A stretch of 64,000 nt of DNA from Patescibacteria group bacterium. Its GTDB lineage: Bacteria; Patescibacteriota; Patescibacteriia; Patescibacteriales; UBA12465. Position numbers and translations under genes: made by a program. The notes under the pieces were generated by a model. It saw nothing but the letters and a program-made list of their open reading frames with translations. It was not told where the DNA came from and searched no databases. Within the stretch, counting starts at the first letter, position 1. The number at the start of each line of letters is the position of its first letter. Positions 27,233-35,600 of the stretch are shown one piece after another. Location: NCBI GenBank assembly GCA_041661685.1, contig JBAZTY010000001.1, positions 192,691-256,690 of the forward strand, in the 5' to 3' direction.

Positions 27233-28750
27233 ATGACAAACATTAAACAAATGGATGAAACCCTTGAGGAACTTCCTCAAGAGGCGACTCCAAAATTCGC
27301 TGACTTAGGTATCAGCGACTCAATCTTACAAATCCTCAAGAAGCTGAATCTGGATACTCCGACGCCTATTCAGCGCAAGACTATCCCGATTGCTATTACC
27401 GGCCAAGATCTTATCGGCATTGCGCAGACCGGAACTGGAAAGACTTATGCTTTCGGCATTCCGATGCTGCAGCGTTTAGGTATTAATAAAGGACAAGGAC
27501 TTATTATCGCCCCGACTCGCGAACTAGCCTTGCAGATTGAGGAAAGCTTAAAGAAGTTGGGCCAAGCCCTAGGCTTGAGAACCGCTATCCTTATCGGCGG
27601 CGAAGCGCTTGATCGCCAGCTTTTTCAATTGCGCAAAAAACCGCATATCATCGTTGCGACTCCGGGAAGATTAATCGATCATCTTAAGCGCCATACTTTC
27701 AAGCTTGATCAGATTAAGACTTTGGTTCTTGACGAAGCAGATATGATGCTTGATTTAGGCTTTGCGCCGCAAATTCAGGAAATACTGAAACAAACGCCTA
27801 AAGAGCGCCAGACTATGATCTTTTCCGCCACTATGCCCGCGACTATCGTAAAAATTGCGGCTACCTATATGAAGTTGCCGGTCAGCATCGAAGTCGCGCC
27901 GCAAGGAACGACCGCTTCCCAGGTTGATCAGGAAATATTTATCATTAACGGCGAAGAGCGCCTAGAACATCTTTTGAAGATTTTGGCGCAGTACACTGGC
28001 TCGGTCTTAGTATTTTTACGGACCAAGCATAGTGTCAAGGCTTTGACTGCTAAATTACAGTCATTAGGCCATAAAGCTATAGAAATTCACTCAAATTTAT
28101 CCTTAAATCGCCGCCGCGCCGCTTTGCAGGATTTTAAATCCAAGAAAGAGCGCATTTTAGTGGCGACTGATGTCGCTGCTCGCGGTTTGGATGTCAGCGG
28201 TATCGAATTAGTGGTTAATTATAATCTGCCGGATAATTCCGAGGATTATGTCCATCGTATCGGCCGCACCGGCCGCGCCGGCCAAACCGGCAAAGCGATT
28301 ACTTTCGCGACGGCCCATGAACAGAGAGAAATTCGTGATATTGAAAAATTGATCAATAAGAGCATCAAGCGGACTGAATTCGTCAAGTTTAATAATCAAT
28401 TTTCAGCGCCAATCACTAATAAGCAAAAAAGACGGTCATTCAGAGGAGATTCTAAGCGGATAGAAGGGGGCTCTCGCCGCCCGGAACAGCGGTCTTCTCG
28501 CCCTATGAGCAGTCATATGACTAATCATAGACAAGCGCCGTCTCGCGCGGCGGATACGACGCGGTTTACACCTTTTTTTATTACCGACGTATCTCCTAAG
28601 CCCTTCAAACGCGCGGCGGACAGACGAGGCTTGTCGCCTTTGCATAAAGCTAGCAGACCAGAGCGTTCATCTTCCCATCCGGCTAGCGGCGCTAATCAGC
28701 CCTCTTCGCAGCATAGATTTTCGCATCGCGGACCTGCGGCTACCAGATAA
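27233..28750 (+). CDS. DEAD-box ATP-dependent RNA helicase with basic R/S/P-rich C-terminal tail
   Basis: Q motif, AQTGTGKT, PTRELA, DEAD, SAT, HRIGRTGRAG. Confidence 0.9.
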   Translation: MTNIKQMDETLEELPQEATPKFADLGISDSILQILKKLNLDTPTPIQRKTIPIAITGQDLIGIAQTGTGKTYAFGIPMLQRLGINKGQGLIIAPTRELALQIEESLKKLGQALGLRTAILIGGEALDRQLFQLRKKPHIIVATPGRLIDHLKRHTFKLDQIKTLVLDEADMMLDLGFAPQIQEILKQTPKERQTMIFSATMPATIVKIAATYMKLPVSIEVAPQGTTASQVDQEIFIINGEERLEHLLKILAQYTGSVLVFLRTKHSVKALTAKLQSLGHKAIEIHSNLSLNRRRAALQDFKSKKERILVATDVAARGLDVSGIELVVNYNLPDNSEDYVHRIGRTGRAGQTGKAITFATAHEQREIRDIEKLINKSIKRTEFVKFNNQFSAPITNKQKRRSFRGDSKRIEGGSRRPEQRSSRPMSSHMTNHRQAPSRAADTTRFTPFFITDVSPKPFKRAADRRGLSPLHKASRPERSSSHPASGANQPSSQHRFSHRGPAATR

Positions 28751-28772
28751 TTTAAAATAAAAATAAGATAAA

Positions 28773-28810
28773 TAAGGCGCTTCTTCTGCAAGGGTGCCTT
28801 ATTTATTTTG
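28773..28810 (+). terminator. Rho-independent terminator of the helicase gene
   Basis: ATAAGGCGC...GTGCCTTAT stem (one G-U pair) followed by ttatttt. Confidence 0.6.
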
Positions 28811-28923
28811 GGGTTTTATTGTTTTTATATTTATGCTAAAATTATGATAACTTAATATTACACAGAGAAGCTCCTTCAGAAGCTCAGACATTTTATGTTT
28901 GAGCTTTTTTAGCAATAGAGATT

Positions 28924-29635
28924 ATGGACATAAACAAGGAACCGCATATTAATAATATGATAAAAAAGAAAGTTTTTCTGACGACCGTTGTTTTTATAAT
29001 GGCTTTTTTTATTTTATTAAAAACTGCGGCGGCCACTAACATCGGTACTAATATTTCTACGGCCGGCAGCCTGACAGTCGATGGCGCTTTGAAATTTACT
29101 AGTGGAGCTGGCAATAGCTTTATCTTAACGACTGATGCTAGTGGCAATACCACTTGGATTGCGGTCAGCGGAGCTTTAAGGAATATTCGATCTCGCTACT
29201 AGGAATTTTTTAAGTTGCACCACTCCAGTTGCTCCTATTACTTCGACTGCTTATGATATTAATCTCTCTAACCGATTAAAGGGAAGAATATTGCTGCAAG
29301 TTGAAGAACGAGGAGAAGCTTATTATATCTATCCGGATGATTTGAAAAAATACTACCTCGGCACCCCTAATGACGCTTTCCGGGTAATGAGAGCTTTAGG
29401 GTTAGGCGCTAATGATAAATTCATTACCGATTATACGGTTTACCCCGCCAGGGTTTCCGGAAAGATCCTCATTAATGTCGACGATTTCGGCAAAGCTTAT
29501 TACATCTCGCCTCTGGATAGGAGGGCTTATTATCTCGGCAGTCCGGAACAAGCTTATCAAGTAATCCGCAGCTTAGGCCTCGGCATCACTAATAATAATC
29601 TGAATAAAATAAGAGCCGGCATCTTGAGCCAATAG
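28924..29635 (+). pseudogene. Frameshift-split surface protein: signal/TM anchor plus tail-fibre-like tip motif (ORF 28924-29202) and two LLQVE..GEAYY..LGLG repeats (frame open 29180-29635)
   Basis: Frame 1 ends ..TWIAVSGALRNIRSRY*. Frame 2 is open from 29180 (GIFDLATRNF..LKGRILLQVEERGEAYY). Removing one A from ttaagg at 29178/29179 would give a continuous ..SGALGIFDL.. protein. Confidence 0.55.
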
Positions 29636-29741
29636 CTGGTGATTAGTGCGCCTAGAAGCTATTACGTATTTTTTTAGACTATGCTATACTAATTTAGTAT
29701 TTAAATTTATTAAGTTAATTATTATTATAAAAGAAAAAATT

Positions 29742-30449
29742 ATGCGCCAATTTCACCAAAAAATGATTGCCGGTTTGAATCTCTCTAGGATTTCAGCGGC
29801 AGTGTTGATTGTCTTTACCGGCCTGAACCTAGGTTTTTATGCTCTTGCGTCCAGCACCAGCGAGTTTACGCAGGCTATCAACCCGGGGACTCTAAGTACT
29901 GATATTGTTAATGGATCGTATGTTTCTGTTTCTTCTCCGACTTTCAGCATGAGCGCTGTTCCTTTCAGTTTCTCGTGTCAAGCATCGACCGGGACATTCG
30001 GCTCTGCTACGCAGCAGATATATGTTAAGAATCCAGATGCATCTGACACTGGCTGGACCCTAACTCTGGCTGGATCTTCTCCGACCGCTTACTGGGATAG
30101 CATTACTAGTTCTTTGGATTTCGATTTTAATGACTCGGCTTCCAGCGGCTGCTCTGACGGCGCCGACACCGATATCTTAAAAGGACAGATGACCGTAGAT
30201 CCATCAATAGCTACTCTAGCGAAAGGAGCCTGCGCTGCTTGCGACACGGCTAATATCACTAAAGGAAATTCTACAGCTTTCGCTGAAGGAGCGACCGATA
30301 GCGTTACATTGCTAACGGCTGCAGCTGGTTCTAGTGATATCGGTGATTGGACTTTACAGGGCGTTAGTGTCAGTCAGACTATTCCCGGAGAACAGCCAGC
30401 CGCGAATGATTACAAAGTAAATCTATCTTTAAGTATTGTTGCAAACTAA
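29742..30449 (+). CDS. Small secreted protein consisting of a signal peptide plus a WxL-like domain (true start ATG 29742)
   Basis: Signal/TM ISAAVLIVFTGLNLGFYALA. DASDTGWTLTLAG and DIGDWTLQG motifs. Its C-terminal ~185 aa are homologous to the C-terminus of the giant protein. Confidence 0.6.
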   Translation: MRQFHQKMIAGLNLSRISAAVLIVFTGLNLGFYALASSTSEFTQAINPGTLSTDIVNGSYVSVSSPTFSMSAVPFSFSCQASTGTFGSATQQIYVKNPDASDTGWTLTLAGSSPTAYWDSITSSLDFDFNDSASSGCSDGADTDILKGQMTVDPSIATLAKGACAACDTANITKGNSTAFAEGATDSVTLLTAAAGSSDIGDWTLQGVSVSQTIPGEQPAANDYKVNLSLSIVAN

Positions 30450-30467
30450 GCTAACAATCCTACTAAT

Positions 30468-31631
30468 ATGTTAAAATGTCATTTCCTCCGTAATCGCCAG
30501 ATAACGATTAATGGGGCTTATTTAGTTTTGTTTTCGTTGCTTTTTGTCTTTCCAGTCATTCAGGCTAAGGCAGTCGAATACGGAGGAATCGGCGGACGGC
30601 CGGCTTATCCCCGAACGGATAACCCGCGCACTGAATCTATCTTCATCCATACGCTCAAACCCGGAGATATTCAGAAAGAGGGCGTCTTATTAGTAAATAA
30701 TGCCGCCGAAAAAAAGACTTTATTAGTTTATGGAGTAGATTCCGTAGTTTCTTCCGGTGGAGCCTTTGCTTGCCGACAAATGTCTGAACCGAAAGGAAGC
30801 GTCGGCTCTTGGATAAAACTCGAAAAGAATGAAGTCGTGCTTAATCCTGGCGCCAATGACCTTGTGCCATTTACAATCGAAGTGCCTCAGACCGCTGGCG
30901 TCGGGGAACACAACGGCTGCATTGTCATTCAAGAGAAAAAAGAAGACTCATCCGGACAGGCCGGCGTTAACCTAAGCTTTAGAACCGGCCTAAGAGTCGC
31001 TATCTCTATACCAGGAGAAATCGTTAGGAAGTTGGAGATAACAGAGTTCAGGATCACTAAAGAAGATAATGGCAACATCTTGCTAAGTCCGACCATCAAG
31101 AACTCTGGCAATGTCTCTGTCGATACTAATATTGATGTGACTACTAAAAATATCTTCGGCGGCGCTTATTTAAAACAGGGCGGGGAATTTCCGATTCTGC
31201 GTGACCAGAGTTCAGATTGGAATTTTGAAATCAAGAAGCCCTTTTGGGGCGGATTTTATAGATCAAGCCTTAGAGTCGAATATCAGGAGGATTTGAGCAT
31301 TGAAATCGGTAAAAACTCGAATCAACCGAAAACCGTCTTAACCGGGGAAACTATAACTTTTTTTAGTTTTCCAAAACCCTTGGCTCTAATGGTCGAATTA
31401 CTATTTTTAATCGTTGGCGTTATCATGACGTTCTTGTGGAGAGTTTATAATAAAAGAAAGCAGTGGATTAAAAAGTCATGGAAGGAAACGGAAATAAAAT
31501 CCGGCGAAGACATAAAATCATTAGCTGATCGCCTGGAAGTATCCTGGAGATTGCTCGCTAAGGTCAATAAGCTGCAAGCCCCTTATACGCTCAAGCCGGG
31601 ACAGAAATTAAAGGTTCCTCCCCGTCCCTAA
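30468..31631 (+). CDS. DUF916/DUF3324-like cell-surface protein with C-terminal TM anchor and terminal LysM domain
   Basis: Signal peptide. PAYPRTDNPRTESIFIHTLKPGDIQKEGVLLVNNAAEKKTLLVYGVDS resembles DUF916. The second beta-domain (LEITEFRITKEDNGNILLSPTIKNSGNVSVD) resembles DUF3324. TM LALMVELLFLIVGVIMTFLW is followed by a basic stretch. LysM: IKSGEDIKSLADRLEVSWRLLAKVNKLQAPYTLKPGQKLKVP. Confidence 0.6.
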   Translation: MLKCHFLRNRQITINGAYLVLFSLLFVFPVIQAKAVEYGGIGGRPAYPRTDNPRTESIFIHTLKPGDIQKEGVLLVNNAAEKKTLLVYGVDSVVSSGGAFACRQMSEPKGSVGSWIKLEKNEVVLNPGANDLVPFTIEVPQTAGVGEHNGCIVIQEKKEDSSGQAGVNLSFRTGLRVAISIPGEIVRKLEITEFRITKEDNGNILLSPTIKNSGNVSVDTNIDVTTKNIFGGAYLKQGGEFPILRDQSSDWNFEIKKPFWGGFYRSSLRVEYQEDLSIEIGKNSNQPKTVLTGETITFFSFPKPLALMVELLFLIVGVIMTFLWRVYNKRKQWIKKSWKETEIKSGEDIKSLADRLEVSWRLLAKVNKLQAPYTLKPGQKLKVPPRP

Positions 31632-31637
31632 TATTTT

Positions 31638-32624
31638 ATGAATAAAAATAACGTTACCCGGGAGCAGATTTCTTTTAAGAAACCCTGGCATAAAGATTGG
31701 GTTAAGATTTTTTTGATTGTCTTGTTGCTGTCTAATTTGGCTACTATCGGCATATTAATAAATAAAAATAAGTTGGCTAAGCAGCTGCAGGAGGCGAAAA
31801 AATACCCTCTCCTGGACTTTTCTCGAAATTTCATCGATCAAGATAATTTCCTGAGCAGTATCGAGCCGATAAGAAAATCAATGAAGGAAGCCGTCGCCAA
31901 ATATGAGGCGCAAGGGAATAGGATTAGCGTTTATTTTGAATTCTTAAATACCGGAGCGAATATCTCTATTAATCAAGAAGAGCGTTTCTGGCCGGCTAGC
32001 TTAAGCAAGATGCCGACCGCGCTCGCGGTCATGAAGAAAGTAGAAAACGGGGAATGGAAGCTGAGTAATGAACTGGTGCTTTTCGCGGAAGACCAGGATT
32101 CTCGTTTCGGGGACATCTATCTAAAGACTCCGGGGACGCGCTTCACGATTGAAGAGCTCTTGAAAGAAACTTTGATAAACTCCGATAATACCGCTCATAA
32201 AATATTGGTGCGCAATTTATCTAGTGAAGATTACACGAAATCCTTTGAAGCTTTAGGGTTAGAAGAGTTATACGATGATAACTATGATATCACTGCCAAA
32301 GAATATTCCCGTATTTTTCGCGCTCTATACAGCGCCAGTTATCTTAATCGGGATAATTCCCAAAAATTATTATCATGGCTCACGCAGACGAGCTTTGATG
32401 AATTTATCGGCTCGGGAATACCGACTACGACATTATTTGCTCATAAAATCGGGGAGGAGTACAAGGAGGTCGTTTTCTTGGACTCCGGCATCTTTTATGT
32501 CGCTGGCCGCCCCTGCCTAATTACAGTCATGGCGGAGGTGAAGGACGGCGGCGGCGTCGGGAGCGCCCAGAAAATAATGGGGGAACTGTCAAAAATAGCC
32601 TATGATTACGTGGCGAATAAATAA
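31638..32624 (+). CDS. Membrane-anchored serine hydrolase of the class A beta-lactamase / PBP fold
   Basis: N-terminal TM. SxxK (PASLSKMP), SDN (INSDNTA), and a KTG-like HKIGE. Confidence 0.65.
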   Translation: MNKNNVTREQISFKKPWHKDWVKIFLIVLLLSNLATIGILINKNKLAKQLQEAKKYPLLDFSRNFIDQDNFLSSIEPIRKSMKEAVAKYEAQGNRISVYFEFLNTGANISINQEERFWPASLSKMPTALAVMKKVENGEWKLSNELVLFAEDQDSRFGDIYLKTPGTRFTIEELLKETLINSDNTAHKILVRNLSSEDYTKSFEALGLEELYDDNYDITAKEYSRIFRALYSASYLNRDNSQKLLSWLTQTSFDEFIGSGIPTTTLFAHKIGEEYKEVVFLDSGIFYVAGRPCLITVMAEVKDGGGVGSAQKIMGELSKIAYDYVANK

Positions 32625-35600
32625 AAAAATAAAGACGGTGATGATCGGTATGTTGATCGGCGTCTTTTTTTTATCCGGCTTTCCTTCTAACGTTTTCTTG
32701 GATAAATTAGAGGATTACCTAACCGATAAGAATATAGTCGATTCTCTTTATCATGCCATGAGAGATCCTAATGTCATAGATAGAGGCATGTCCGGACTAA
32801 TGGATGCTAAGACGCCTCAGGCTAATGCCGGAAATTTTCAAATCCAAACCGGCTATTACATCGGAAACGGCGGCGCTAAACAAATCAGCGGACTAGGATT
32901 CTCGCCGCAAATGATCCTCATAAAAGCCAACGATACCGGCGGCACCGGCGCGATCATGAAAACGACAGTCATGCCTAATCTCAATAGCTCATATCTCGGC
33001 GTCGCGACTGCTGACGTCGCAGCGGCCGTGCTGCTCAATCCCGACGGCTTTACTATCTCAGGCGTGACTACCAATACTGCTAATTCCCGCTATACTTGGA
33101 CAGCTTTTGCCGGTTCTGATTGTAGCGCCAGTGGCAATTTCTGCGTCGGCACCTATACCGGCACGGGCACTTCACCCCGATCGGTTACCGTCGGCTTCCA
33201 GCCCGATATGGTCATCGTGAAAGCGGCGACCGCAGTCGCCCCCAATTGGCGTTCATCGGCGATGCCCACTAATTACGGACAGCATTTTATGGCCACGAAC
33301 CAGACTACCGACGGTACTATGTATACCACTCTGGATTCTACTGGTTTTACTGTTGGCAGCGTGAATAATACCAGCGCGACCATCTACTATTATGTCGCTT
33401 TCAAGAATACGGCCGGTTCTATCAATGTCGGCACCTATGCCGGCACGGGCGTAGCTAAGAATGTCACCGGAGTCGGTTTTACCCCTAATTTTGCTTTGAC
33501 TAAGGCGGCGGCGCCGACGACAGCGACGGCGGCAATATATAATAATACGGAATCATATGGTAACTCCAGCAGCTACTTTACCGATACGGTCAATGTTGTC
33601 GGCGGCATCACCGGATTGGATAGCGACGGCTTCGGCGTCGGCACCGGAGCAATGGCTAATATCTCGGGGGCGACCTTCTATTACGCCGCTTTCGGTGGCG
33701 CTTCTGCTGTCAGGAATTCCAGCGGTACTTTTCAGATAGCGCGCGGAACTTACACAGGGACTGGTATAAATCGAGCGATTGATAATCTCGGTTTTAGACC
33801 GGATCTCGTGATCATCAAGGGGAATACGGCGACGGCTGGAGTTTTTAGAACCCGGCTGATGGGCGGAGACCACAGCGCTTATCTCGATGCGGCGACAGCT
33901 AACCTCACCGCCGCCATCACCTCTTTGAATCCTGACGGATTTACTGTTGGCACTGGCGCAACCACGAATAGCGCCGGCGTCACTTATTATTGGACTGCCT
34001 ATGGCAACGCCTGGAATCCGGAAACTAATTCCGGATCATCCGATTTCTATATTGGTGCTTATTATGGCAACGGAATCGATAATCGCAATGTCATCCGTCT
34101 GCCTTTTCAGGCTGACATGGTCGCGACTAAAAGAAACAGCACTACTGGCGGTGCTTTCCGCACCTCGGCGCATTCCGGCGATCTCAGCAGCTTTTTTGCG
34201 GCGACTGCGGAGGCGGCCAATAATATCCAGGTTCTCAATCCCGACGGATTCCAAATCGGCACGGGCACAAATGTCAATGCAGCCGCCAGTCTTTATCATT
34301 ATTTCGGCTTTAAATCCGGAGCTAATTTCGCCGTCGGCACTTATTCCGGCACCGGAGCCGCTAAAGATGTCACTACTGTCGGCTTCCAGCCTGATAATGT
34401 CTGGGTGAAACAGACTGGGGCGGTGCGAGGCGTGTCGCGGCATAGTAATCAATCCGGAGACGCCGCCTTGCCCTTCATTAACGTCGCCTCTATCACCGGA
34501 GCGTTCACCGGCCTGATCTCCACCGGCTTTTCTATCGGCGCTGGCGCGGAAACTAATACCTTGGGGACGAATAATTACCGTTATGCGGCGTGGCGGGCTA
34601 ATACTAGCCCGACGACTCCAAGCTATAAGATCCAAACCGGCTATTACATCGGAAACGGCGGCGCTAAACAAATCAGCGGACTAGGATTCTCGCCGCAAAT
34701 GATCCTCATAAAAGCCAACGATGCCGGCGGCACCGGCGCGATCATGAAAACGACAGTCATGCCTAATCTCAATAGCTCATATCTCGGCGTCGCGACTGCT
34801 GACGTCGCAGCGGCCGTGCTGCTCAATCCCGACGGCTTTACTATCTCAGGCGTGACTACCAATACTGCTAATTCCCGCTATACTTGGACAGCTTTTGCCG
34901 GTTCTGATTGTAGCGCCAGTGGCAATTTCTGCGTCGGCACCTATACCGGCACGGGCACTTCACCCCGATCGGTTACCGTCGGCTTCCAGCCCGATATGGT
35001 CATCGTGAAAGCGGCGACCGCAGTCGCCCCCAATTGGCGTTCATCGGCGATGCCCACTAATTACGGACAGCATTTTATGGCCACGAACCAGACTACCGAC
35101 GGTACTATGTATACCACTCTGGATTCTACTGGTTTTACTGTTGGCAGCGTGAATAATACCAGCGCGACCATCTACTATTATGTCGCTTTCAAGAATACGG
35201 CCGGTTCTATCAATGTCGGCACCTATGCCGGCACGGGCGTAGCTAAGAATGTCACCGGAGTCGGTTTTACCCCTAATTTTGCTTTGACTAAGGCGGCGGC
35301 GCCGACGACAGCGACGGCGGCAATATATAATAATACGGAATCATATGGTAACTCCAGCAGCTACTTTACCGATACGGTCAATGTTGTCGGCGGCATCACC
35401 GGATTGGATAGCGACGGCTTCGGCGTCGGCACCGGAGCAATGGCTAATATCTCGGGGGCGACCTTCTATTACGCCGCTTTCGGTGGCGCTTCTGCTGTCA
35501 GGAATTCCAGCGGTACTTTTCAGATAGCGCGCGGAACTTACACAGGGACTGGTATAAATCGAGCGATTGATAATCTCGGTTTTAGACCGGATCTCGTGAT

